NCBI RefSeq assembly: GCF_018977255.1
Contig: NW_024704742.1
Span: 45,758,001-45,822,000, forward strand
Direction: 5' to 3'
Length of the DNA: 64,000 nt
Source: Callorhinchus milii
Lineage: Eukaryota
The position numbers and the translations under genes are program-made. Positions 1 through 11,789 of this stretch are shown one piece after another; position 1 is the stretch's first letter, and every line of letters starts with the position of its first letter. The notes under the pieces are model-generated. The model saw only the letters and a list, made by a program, of their open reading frames with translations, searched no databases and had not been told where the DNA came from.

Positions 1-1974
1 TTAGTTATCAACTGGCTGTATTTTGCCACAATGTGCTTAATTGACATATCACACTCTACACTGTTAACTCCTATTTTATTAGCAAACATTTTAACTTCTG
101 AACCAATATTTATTTTGCTGATAACTATTTCAGAAGTTTCGAGTAGCTGTTGAAATTTGAGAGTCCAGCCACAAATAACTTGTTCAGAGTTTGCTTTCAC
201 ATGCATAAAGGCATTCGTGAATGAGAATTGTTTACTCCTATTAATTAAAACATGCTTCACTGCCAAACTGTTCTTGTGGTCGAAACACTGTGTAGTCTCG
301 CTGTGCGGGAAAGTTGTAATGCAGGTTTAAAACCAGGATATTTGTTGAATATTTTCAATTTGTCTTCCTAGGATCACCCTACTTGTTAGGGCTGTGGCTT
401 AAAGGGTTAACAGAAGTTGAGTGGGAAGAGCCTCTGTTGTATATATTTATGCTGCATATGAGTACGTAAATGATTATGGAGATATATGTGTATATGGATA
501 CGTATATGTGATGGTGGTTTGAAGATACAGAGAAACAAAGAGAGACCAATGGACAATGGCAGCACATTTTGCTATGAGATAAAAAAACTGTCCTGAAATA
601 TTGAAGAAGTGGGTTTACTATAAATCTTAGAGATCTATAATGTTTAAGTCTACAGTTTAAAAGTTTTATGGAGATTGAAAAGGCTCTGTTTATGAAGTGC
701 AATAAGTGTGTCAGTGTTTGGTTAAAATACGGTCATTTATGGCGGTGCAAATGCAAATTTGCAATTCATTAGTATCACTAATGAGAATGATTATATTGCC
801 AGTATTTTGTTCGAGGCCCACATAATTTCACAATTTGTTTGTGTGAAACTAAACGGGCTGGGAATTTGATTTCAACTTACATTTAATAAAACGGGGGACA
901 GAGGAACATTTGTACAAAAATAAAGAGATGCGAACTGGAAGTCAAGTCTACTGCACAAGAAAATGGTGGTTATACAATATAATATCCATGGATTTGATAT
1001 AGAGCCTTAACTTGTTGTTGATATGTCTCAAAGTGCTTCACAGGATTTGCTGCAAAATTATAGTGACTGAATTCCGTAGGCCAATATGACATTGAATGTT
1101 GCATTGCTTACCCCATTGTAAATCAAAACGTTTATTTGATCAATAGGCAATGCACTGATGTGAGCAGTGTACCTTTAAGTAGTGGGACTGCAGGTAGACT
1201 TCCATTATTCTGCATGTGGTGAAGCTGATCTGAGACATTAAAGGGAGATATATCCCTGAAGAGGCAAGATAAAAATAGATACCAGGTCAACTTGACTACC
1301 ATTCCCCCCTTGCTTCCTGCTGTCTGTCTGAGACCAGGAATTAAGAACAAATCTTAGAAAAAAGTTAAAGCAAAAAAATCTTTTCCTGAGATCTGGGGTG
1401 TGAAGGGTGATATTTTCTAGCCTTTCTACAAAGTACAAAGTTATCCAAGGGGAAAAAGAATATATTTTTTAATAAAACCTGTTTGTAACAAACCTAAAAA
1501 TGATAAAGTAATATTTGTTTGAAAAACGCTGAGATATAAACAGCCAAAGGAAGTCTTTTTTTTCATCAATTTCATTTCAAAGTCAGTCCACAGCAAGCAA
1601 TTTTATGGAATCTCTATTTTGTGATCAATTCATCACATCCTGTCCAAACTAACCACTGATCTCATTAAATGCCTTTTCATATCAAGTCTCAGATTTCCTG
1701 TTTCGTTCAATTTCTTTTTCTTTTTGTCCCCCACTCCTGGATTCTCTTGTAGGAGGAGAACAATTCACTCACTCAATCTTGATGAATGCCACTTTGTGTG
1801 TTTGATTGATAACATTTTTACCAGTTTACTTCAAACACCATTTTCCAGGATATTTTAGATTTTTTTTCAATGGATCACAACACAATATATTCATTTAGTC
1901 ACTTACTCAGCAGAATTACATTTATATGAAAATATTTTCTTTTCTAGGATGTTTTCAGGGTGAATCTTAGATCT

Positions 1975-2410
1975 CGAATTGCAATGTTGGAAGTGACATA
2001 TTTCGAATGATAAGTTAAACCAAGGCCCGGTCTGCTTGTTCAAGTGGATGTTAAAGTTCTCATAGCGCTATTCAGCAAGAGAAGGGACTTCACCCAGTGT
2101 CCCGGCCAACAAATTCTCCAAATAAAATAGGTCAATCACTCTGCACAGAGATAAAATTATTTAATGAAACAGAGGAGATAGATAAACATAATTAGTTTAA
2201 TTATTCATACATTCATCATCATCTTGTTCATTTTCAAACTCTGATGGGAAGCTTATTGCTTGTGGCAAATTACAAAATAATGCAGGTGTGATATTTTTGC
2301 GGGTCATTGCTGCAGGCAAATTGGCTGTCTCATTCGCATTACACTTTACAGTATATCATATGAAGCATTTTGAAATGTCCTCTTGACATTAGAGGTATTA
2401 TATTAAATTA
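1975..2410 (+). mobile_element. Old DeuSINE-type (SacSINE1/AmnSINE1-like) copy
   Basis: gttaaaccaaggcccggtctg..gtggatgttaaag..cccagtgtcccggccaa resembles the Deu-domain SINE body; L2-like tail remnant. Confidence 0.65.
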
Positions 2411-3187
2411 TTGTATTATTAATATTATTACGTGCAGTAATATATCATAGGAACATAGGAACAGAGATATTTATGTTACGGACTGCCAATTCCTCTATCT
2501 AGAAATGGTGTTTCACCAGTCCACCATATGTGTTGCATTTTCCTTCCCCGCAGAAATTATCCAAAGGTTCACATAATATCTCCCTAGCAGCTGGATGCAA
2601 ATCTCCCGCTTTATAGACCAACTCATTTCCAGGGTTAATTGATGGGAAATTTTATTCCAGAAATTAATTTCCAGAAAAATAATTGTGCGTTATTACATAC
2701 ACTGTAAAGAATGTATTGCACTGAAACAGGTTGTTTGAAACAATTAGTGTAGCTAGCGTTTATGCACCACAGGAACCTCCACTCATCCTAATCCTTCTTC
2801 CTGCCCCAACCCCGTTATTCCTTTCTTTGTGTAGCAATTGAAAAGATGAGCAGACCTCACCCTGTATCTCTGGCAGCAGCTCACAAGCTTTAGTACTCAT
2901 CAACTTGTGCCTAATACTCTCCGGAAATAGGTAATCGGAATGTGTCCCTCCAGGGAAAGAGTGTGCATTCCTTTGCAGATTCAGGGAAATTGCTACGTGT
3001 AGATGGCATAAATGGAATTCTCAGTCTAGCTTGGATACTTTTAAGCATGGTGATGGGTTTCTGCATTTGTCAGACATCAGGCTGACTAGAAAAATGGTTC
3101 CTAACTTTTGCCTCAGAAATTGAGCCATCAACTTTCCAAACAATTGACTCATTTTTCAAATGCTATTCATTAGTCATTGTCATTCAT

Positions 3188-3543
3188 GGAGTCCTCTAGC
3201 TTTGTAGTTAGAGCACTCGCCTCACAAGCAAGAGGACCTAGGTTTGATTCCTGAGCCGGGCAAAACATTAGGCAAGTTTCCTTACCCCACACGCCTTTGT
3301 TTGTTAGTCGATTGGCAGATTGCTTTTCCTGGGGTAATAATCCCTTCAAAAAATGTTTTTAAAAAATAATAATAATTAGATCATTCAATCCACGATTGTT
3401 TGTGGGACATGCTGTGCGCAAATGGCTGCCGAGTTTTGCCCACAATATACACAGTCAATTCACTTTACAGTTTATTCTGTGAGGGCTTTGTGACATCTTA
3501 ACAATATGATAAAGTGCTATATCAAATGCAAGGATTATTATTA
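3188..3543 (+). mobile_element. tRNA-derived SINE with L2-type 3' end (long internal variant)
   Basis: GGAGTCC start, degenerate A/B boxes, core tgtttgtgggacatgctgtgcgcaaatggctgcc, tail atcaaatgcaaggattattatta. Confidence 0.88.
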
Positions 3544-4009
3544 TCACTAACTTTACATATACACACTCACAACACACATAGTAATCCATCGATGGAACTG
3601 ATAGTATTTTTGGTACAGAAAAATAGGTGTGGTACAATGCTTTAATGCTCATTTTGAGCTTACATTAAAAAATAAAGAGAGCCTCTATTTGTTTTGGGAA
3701 ACTTGCACGCTTGCTCATTATCTTTTAATATTTGGGAAAGGTAATGCTTACCATAAGGAGTCCCAGATAGGGATTCCTTGTTCCACGCTAATCTCTCACA
3801 TAGCCTACTTCTAGATAGGACAGCCTAGGCCTAGGGGTTGCTGTGATATATTTCCAGTAACTGAAACTTCCCTGTTGAAAAGATTTGGGGAGGAAAATCT
3901 ATATTGTATATCCAAATACCTTTGTGTTTTTTGGTTATAAAGTCAAGAGCTTTATTTAATTCCACACCCAAATTGGTAACCCTCCCTACCTCTTAAATCT
4001 AAAACAAGT

Positions 4010-4078
4010 ATTGCTTGCATTTGATATAGTACCTTTCATACCAGGAGGATGTCTCAAAGCACTTCACAGGATTTACTG
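4010..4078 (-). mobile_element. 3' end of an older SINE split by the L2 (continues 7918-~8000)
   Basis: Reverse complement of the SINE tail (ttgcatttgatatag...cttcacaggatttactg), resuming as taaagtg..caatttgcgcacaacaat after the L2. Confidence 0.8.
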
Positions 4079-4290
4079 GGCCTACTGACCCAGGTACTTA
4101 AACTCGACGCCGGAGCGAGTGCAGCCAGTCGGGGAGCGGCGACAGGAGAGCGCGGGGAGGAGCCTGGGCCTACTGACCCAGGTACTTAAACTCGACGCCG
4201 GAGCGAGTGCAGCTAGGCAGGGGAGGGAGGTGTGGGGACGGAGCGGGGAACTGCGACGTCATAGATTAGTTTTCAGGTGAGTGCGCGCGC
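4076..4290 (+). promoter_or_regulatory. CpG-rich L2 5' region with 88-bp-period tandem monomers (putative internal promoter)
   Basis: 50-bp identical direct repeat at 4076-4125 and 4164-4213; TATA-like TACTTAAA in each; CRE-like CGACGTCA 4254-4261; G4-type G runs 4220-4248. Confidence 0.6.
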
Positions 4291-7200
4291 ACAAAACAAA
4301 AAAAACAAAAAAACAAAAAAAAAAAAACCCTCCCCCCCCCCCCCCCCCCCCCCCAGGGCTCACATCAGAGCCCACTATGGTCCTGTTGGGTTCGATGCCC
4401 CAATCTACGGGATGATGCCATCCACCTGACCGCTCGCTCCCGGTCCCCGCGTGCGCACTATGGCTGCCGCTTTGACCCGAGCCCCCTCACCCCCTCCCTC
4501 CCTCCCCCCTCCTCTCTCCCCCCAAACCCTCCCCCTCTCCATCTATCCCGCTCTCTCCTCCTCTCTCTCCGTCCCTCTCGTCTTCTATCCCCACTTGACC
4601 CTCCCACAACCTCCCTCTGCTCCAGCCTGGGAATCCTCCGCCGGGCTCACCGCGGCACTCGGCGTTGGCTGTCCAGCAGCAGCCACACCGACTGCCCCAT
4701 TCCCCACCACACTCGCCACCCACCCCGGACACAGACCCGGGGAGTCAACCTCTCCTCCCTCATCCCCATCTCCCCACCCCTGCCTCACAACCTGGACCCC
4801 CCTCCCCTCCCACACACCCTTCTGTCAACCGCTCCCTCCACATCGGACTGCAAAATGTCCGCTCCCTCTGCAACAAGGCCCTGGTCATCAACGATCTCAT
4901 CCTTGATGAGAACGTTGATATCATGGCCTTGACAGAAACCTGGCTCACCCCAGGCGACACCTTCCCCCTCACGGAGGCCACGCCACCCGGCTACACCTCC
5001 CACCACATCCCCCGCCCCAACCGCCGTGGCGGTGGTGTTGCCCTTATCTCAAGGACACCACTTGCCCTATCCCCCTACTCCTCTGGCTCTTTCCCCTCCT
5101 TCGAGCACCTCACCCTCTCCCACCCCTCATTCCTCTCCCTTAAAATTCTCCTCCTCTACCGGCCCCCTAAAACCTCTCCCACCTTCATCTCTGACATTTC
5201 AACACTCCTCACATCTCTTTGCCTCTCCTCTGATCGCCTCATCATCCTGGGCGACTTTAACCTACACTTCACCCCCTCCTGCTCCATCTCCACAGACTTC
5301 TCTTCTCTTCTGGGCCAGTAGGCCCAGGCTCCTCCCCGCGCTCTCCTGTCGCCGCTTCCCTGCTCTCCTCACTCAACCTTTCCCTACACATAAACTCCCC
5401 CACTCACAGTCACGGCCACCCACTCGATTTGGTGATCACCCGGGGCCTCAGTGTCTCGGATGTCACTATTACCGACAAGGCCATCTCCGACCACTACTTC
5501 ATCTCCTTCACCACCTCCACCCCCCTCCCCACCTCCACCAGACCCACCACCATCTTCTACCGCCCTTGGAAGAAGTTACCCCCACAATCCCTAACCGATG
5601 CCTTGGAGTCCTCTGAACTCCTCTCCCTCTGGCCTTCAACCCTCACCGACCCCTCTTCTCCTCTCTCCCTCCTCCACAATATCCTCTCCTCCACACTCGA
5701 TACTCTTGCCCCCATCACTTCCCGCACTGTCTCCTACTCCCGCTCCTCCCCCTGGTACACCACCCACCTCCGCTCACTGAAATGCCAGGTGCGGGCTGCT
5801 GAGCGCACCTTTGTCAAATCTGGCCTAACGGTCCACCGACAAATCTGGCTGGACCTCCTCAAAATTTACCGCTCCACTCTAGCCTCGGCCAAGTCGTCCT
5901 TCTACTCCAGGATAATCCTGGAGGCGAAGAACAACCCCAGGCTACTGTTTTCCACCACATCCCGACTCCTCCGTCCCCCCCGCCACCCCGCGCAGGTCAT
6001 CTCCTCCAACCTTCACTGCGAGGAGATGCTGGATTTCCTTGAATCCAAGATCAAGGGAATCCGCTCCGCGGTCACTTCCCCTCCAACTTCCACCCACCAC
6101 CCACCCCTTCCCTCCCACACTCCTACCCATCCTCCCCTACACACCTTCGTACCCATTTCCCCACCCTCTGTCACTGAACTCATCCTATCCCTAAAACCAA
6201 CCACCTGCTCCCTTGACCCCATCCCCACTCCACTCCTTATCTCCCAGCTCCATTTTCTTGCCCCACACATCACTGACATCATAAACCTGTCCCTCTCCTC
6301 TGGCTCTGTCCCCATTCCATTAAAAACTGCCATCATCACGCCCACCCTGAAAAAACCCTCCCTTGATGCGTCGCAGCTATCAAGCTACCGGCCCATCTCC
6401 AACCTCCCCTTTCTCTCCAAGGTCTTGGAAAGAGTTGTCGCCTCCCAACTGCGCTCTTTCCTCTCCACCCATTCTCTTTTTGAACCCCTTCAGTCAGGTT
6501 TCCGTGCTGCTCATAGCACAGAAACTGCCCTGGTCAAGGTCACCAATGATATCCTGACCATCTGTGACCAGGGCTCCCTCTGTCTCCTCGTCCTCCTCGA
6601 CCTATCGGCAGCATTCGATACGGTCGACCACGCTATCCTACTCCACCGCTTGTCCTCCCACCTCAACCTTCAAGGCACTGTCCTTGAATGGTTTAGGTCG
6701 TACCTTTCCCACCGTCTTCACTTCGTCTCAACGAATGGCTTCTCCTCCACCCCCCGTACTGTCTCATGTGGTGTCCCTCAGGGCTCTGTCCTCGGTCCCC
6801 TCCTCTTCACCCTCTATATGCTCCCCCTTGGTGACATCATCCGCAAACATGGGGTTAACTTCCACATGTATGCGGATGACACCCAACTCTACCTTTCCTC
6901 CTCTACTCTCAACTCCACGACCACCGATGTCCTGACAGCCTGCCTGTCCGACATCGAGTCCTGGACGAGAGACAACTTTCTTCAGCTCAACGTGCGAAAA
7001 ACCGAGGCCCTCCTGATTGGCTCACGTCAGCGCCTCCGCACCTCAGGCGCTGACACCATCAGCATCCAAGGCTGCACTCTCCACCTCTCAAAGCCAGTCA
7101 GGAACCTCGGCGTTTTGTTCGACCCTGAGCTGTCCTTTCTCCCTCACATCCGCACCACAACTGGCACCGCCTTCCATCACCTCCGGAATATCGCCAGACT

Positions 7201-7917
7201 ACGGCACTACCTCACCCCTCACGCTGCTGAAACCCTGGTTCACGCCTTTGTCACCTCAAGGCTGGACTATGGGAACTCTCTCCTCGCCGGCCTTCCCGCC
7301 ACCTCCCTCCACAAGCTGCAGGTCATTCAGAACTCTGCAGCTCGTGTACTGTCCCGCACCAGGCTTCGGGACCACATCACTCCCACCCTCGCTCGCCTCC
7401 ACTGGCTCCCCATCCCCCAGAGGATTGATTTCAAGATCCTCATCCTCACCTACAAGGCCATTCACGGCCTTGCTCCCTCCTACCTCTCCAACCTACTATC
7501 CCCCTACCTACCTGCCCGTACCCTCCGTTCCTCTGGCTCCGGTCTGCTCCACGTCCCCCGCCCCAACCGCCCTACTATCGGTGGTCGGGCCTTCAGCCTC
7601 TCAGCCCCAGGCTCTGGAACTCCATCCCCCAGTGCCTTCGCCTTGCTTCCTCCCTTTCCTCCTTCAAGGCCGGTCTCAAAACCTTTCTCTTTGACCGTGC
7701 CTTCAGCTCCCCTCTCGACTCTCTTCCTCCTCCTCGCTCCCTCCCTTCCCTCCCCTCACCCTGACCATTTCCCCCTCCTCTCTCCCTCCCTTCCCTCCCC
7801 TCACCCTGACCATTTCCCCCCTGCTCGGGTCATGACGCAACTGTGCAGCGCCTTGGGACGTCCTCCTGACGTGAAAGGCGCTCTATAAATGGAATCTTGT
7901 TGTTGTTGTTGTTGTTG
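4079..7917 (+). mobile_element. Young, probably near-full-length L2-clade LINE inserted into a minus-strand SINE
   Basis: APE endonuclease and RT motifs; 3' stem-loop followed by (TTG)n tail; TTACTG on both sides (4073-4078, 7918-7923); the flanks rejoin into the SINE tail (..cttcacaggatttactg|taaagtg..). Confidence 0.93.
4357..7764 (+). pseudogene. L2 ORF2-type polyprotein (APE endonuclease + reverse transcriptase), about 1,100 codons, interrupted
   Basis: [71 protein letters not shown], and (shifted frame) [14 protein letters not shown]. Breaks: 1-nt frameshift near 4800, 53-bp insertion 5310-5362 carrying TAG 5319-5321, 1-nt frameshift near 7605. Confidence 0.9.
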
Positions 7918-9484
7918 TTACTGTAAAGTGCAGAGACTGGGTATTTTGCAGGCAATTTGCGCACAACAATATCCTACAAAGAACCAAGAAGTGCATGACC
8001 AAAGTCATGAGTGACAAATGACTAAATTATGCCTGCTGAAATATTTTTCTTCTTCACACACAAAACTTGTCATTGCGGGAATGATTCGCAAATGCAAAAG
8101 AAGCCAGAATTATGTTTTTTTTAGCAGAAACTGGGTCAGATGGTTCAATTTTATGATTTTAATAAGATTTGTTTAAATTATCGGACACAGCAGCCTCAAC
8201 GATTTGTGACTGGGAGGAATTCCTCTGCTACACGCTGAATGAAAAGTGCTAATTGCTTTTTACATATAGTATAGAGAGCAAATTAATGTGTGCCTATTGT
8301 AAAATTATCAGTATAATTATCAGTCCGTGAGTTTTGATTAGAATGTTAACACTTTGAATTGCTAAAAAACCAATGACTTGTTCCCACTGTTATTTTGTAT
8401 TGCAACTCTCATGACCATTAGATTTACTCAGATGACTACGGTTCTGTTTCGAGCAGACATTTCCATCAGTCTGAGTCTCGTAATGTAACAGTACCTTTTC
8501 CATCAGTTTTTAGTTTTGTTTAATCCTGTAATTCAACCTAGAATGTCTGAATAATTAGAATTTCAGATAGACGCACCTTACCCTGGTATCCCACTGCTGA
8601 CTCATTTTCTCCATTTAATCTGCCATTGTTGTCAAAATTCTCCCTGGAGTTAATTCAATTTGGAACAATCTCAGAGGATTTCGAACAGCCATGTGAATAT
8701 CTTTAATGCCATTTAAGAAAAATAGAGAAAGGCCAGATTGTAACTCGGAAACTAAACTTTATTTTTTATGAATCGAAAATTGTCAGGTGTTTTGAAGCAA
8801 AGTCATTATTCAAAATTTACCATGTTGCTGCTTACAGATGTCCTGATGCTAACTGTGTTGTCTGTGTTATTCAGTAAAGCTTACAACAATAACCCTTGCA
8901 TTTGATATACTGCATTTCTCACATTGGAAAGTACTTCATACGATTTACTCTAAAGTGTCGGGACTACATTTTGTGGAAACAACACACTAGATCGATCAAC
9001 AACAACAAATTGCATTTATAAAGTGCCTCTAAAATTGGGAGGACAACCCAAAGCACTGAAGGGTTTACATCCAAGCTGGAGATTGGAGTCAAGTGGGGTG
9101 GATGGCAAGGGGGATGGGGGTGGGAAATTGACCAAAAGCATCATCAAAGGAACGGGCCTTGAAGGAGGCAAGCAAGGGGGTAACATGGAAGGGCTCCGTG
9201 ATAGAGTTCTCGAGGGTGAAAACAGAAAGGTTTAAGGCCAGAGCTCCAATGGTGGGCAGGCAGTGCAGGAAATATGGAGAAGTTTAATATAAACAAGACA
9301 AAAATAATGCAGTGGTCAAAAGATGCAGTCGGTGATGTGATAATTATCACAAGAACAGAAAATATTGTTTTATTTTGTCCACAATGACAGGTTTGGGCTG
9401 AATGCTCGCACTTCTGAAGAATCATTTTGACATCAGCCTGTCACAACTGAATTGGTGCATTCTTACATTTTTATTACATTTTGT

Positions 9485-9776
9485 GGAGTCCTGTAGCTCA
9501 GTGGTTAGAGAACTTACTTTGCAAGAGTCCTGGGTTTGTTTCCTGGCAGGGCGAAACCTTGGGCAAGTTTTCTTACTCCACATGCCTGCTAATAATCCCT
9601 CAAGAAAAATAAATAAATTAAATAATAATTTGTCACTCAATCCACGACTATTTGTGGGATACTGCTGTGTGCAATAGGCTCACTTTTTCAATTCGCTTTA
9701 CAGTATATTCTGTGAAGTGCTTTGAGATGTCTAGAAGGTGCAAAAAGTGCTATATCAAATGCAAGGATTATTATTA
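9485..9776 (+). mobile_element. tRNA-derived SINE (short variant)
   Basis: A box TAGCTCAGTGG, same core and tail as 11790 copy. Confidence 0.88.
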
Positions 9777-11379
9777 TATTTTTTATATTAATAAGGATTT
9801 TTTAAAAAAAATTACTCCTTATATTATTTTTAGGGACTACCATTTGGGGAAGGTACACAAAATCCAGGTTGACCGAAGCCTATTCCCCGTTTGATGCTAA
9901 TCATATATTCTGTCCTGGTTATAATTATAATTATCACCAATTAATAAAATTCACTGCAGGTTCTGTATTTTTCTTTTCCCCCTCAAGTTTCAGCCATGAG
10001 CTTTCATTATATTTCGCACCCCACCTTTAAAGCTCACCTTAAGACCTGTCTCTCAACCACACTGTCAGTCTTTCCCACCCACCATCCTAAGCTTCCCCCT
10101 CACCCCCCCCTAAATTCCAGTGTCATCTGCGTCAACTCTGTTAAATGCTCTGAAGTGTTCTCCAAATGTGAACACCGCAGTATAAATCTGATATGTTGGT
10201 GTTGAACTGAGCTGAAAAAGGATCACACACAAAAAATCATGTTCTATTGGACCTGTTGTGCATTTTCTGCTTCATATCAGATTTCCAACAGTATCAATTT
10301 TTTATATTTACTAAACTTGACCAACGTCTTATGTCTCTGTTGTGAAAAAAGCTGCAGTGAAAAATAGTAAAGGTGAAAGAAAAGAATGATGGCAAGAAAG
10401 AAAAATTGATTACAAGAGAGAGAAAAATAAATCTTTAAAACCACCTACCTCTTTTTCTAACTAAACAGAAGCAAATTCTGAAGTGATATTTAGATGTTAC
10501 AATTCCTATTAGTATTACCCTATAAATTCACAACATAAATATAGTAATCCTTACAAAATGCAATTTTCTCAATATAAAATGTTTTTGCAGATGACCTGAT
10601 AAGGAGAGTCCACTAATTATTTTTCATAAGTATTATTAATCAACTTAGTGGCAAACTTCCCAAGTTGCATTGCCAGAGTAATTAAATATTGCCGCTGACT
10701 TGGAAAGTCCAATTTAAATCACACTGCGTGGTTAATGGTGCGGATGGAAGAGGGTGTAAATAAATTCAACTCATCCAGAACTTCATTGCACAGTGACAAT
10801 GTCACTGGCATTTACAGTCAAATTACAGTGTTAGTCCATAATTCGCGTACTGTGATGCAGCTGACTGATGCATCTTGTGCATCCATTCGGAAGGGTTAAA
10901 AGTAACGGAGGTGACAAGTGTTATTCTCTATGAATCATCAGGCAGAGGGAAGAAGGCTTTGTAAACTGTTTTGAAACACGAGGTGAAAGAGGAGATTACA
11001 GTCAAATTTTTTGTGAAATAAAAAAATAATTGCGAGGAAGTTAATACATCTCTCTGCAGGTAAATATTAACAGTAGGTAAATGTCAAAGGAGATCATAAG
11101 GTTCAATTTATCAAATGTACTAACTTTTAGACAGATTAAACGTTGTCACACACTAATACTAGTGAGTATAATGTATTTTCTTTTGGTCAGCGGGTTGTCT
11201 GACACATGTGGAAATCCGTCACCATCCCAAAGAGTAACCAAAACAAACAGAGAGTTCCATACATCCCATCTACAAATGGAAATTCCACAGATGTTTATTG
11301 GAATGGAATGCACCCGACTGACATTCGCATTACCAGCATGTAATGTTTATGTCATGAGCTCTGAGCTCGCTGCCTTTTG

Positions 11380-11525
11380 TTGCGGAGGACAAGTTTGCAG
11401 GGCTATACGGAGAGAGAGGGGGAGTGGGATTGAATTGGATAGCTCTTTTAAAAGAGCCAGCACAAACATGTTGGGCCGAATGGCCTCCTTCTGTGCTGTA
11501 TAATTCTATGATTCTATGATTCTAC
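11380..11525 (+). mobile_element. CR1-type 3' end
   Basis: tgggccgaatggcctccttctgtgctgta followed by (ATTCTATG)n. Confidence 0.8.
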
Positions 11526-11789
11526 GACATGTAACAGTCGCTGACCATCCTCCATATCTTGGCAGCCAATCAAGCCAAGTAAATGGTACAAAATGTCCGC
11601 ACAAAGGAACTAACAATGCTGCAGTGTCCCAATGCTTCTGAAATGAGGCAATACTTTATTAAAACTGAGAGGTAGATAAGATGCAAAAGATCTTAAAACT
11701 CGAAAGCAAGCTTCAATGTACATATCCAGTTATAAATTTACACTTGTTTTTAACTTGTAATCCTTCCAAATTCAGTTCACACAAATAGT

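Noticed and set aside
4076..4213. Hammerhead or HDV-like ribozyme in the 5' monomer
   Set aside because: No CTGANGA/GAAA core and no convincing nested pseudoknot by eye
4451..4906. Pro-rich ORF as LINE ORF1
   Set aside because: Alternative frame of C-rich sequence; the recognisable L2 N-terminal motifs are in a different frame
11081..11503. 140-aa ORF
   Set aside because: Runs into a CR1 3' end; no domain similarity
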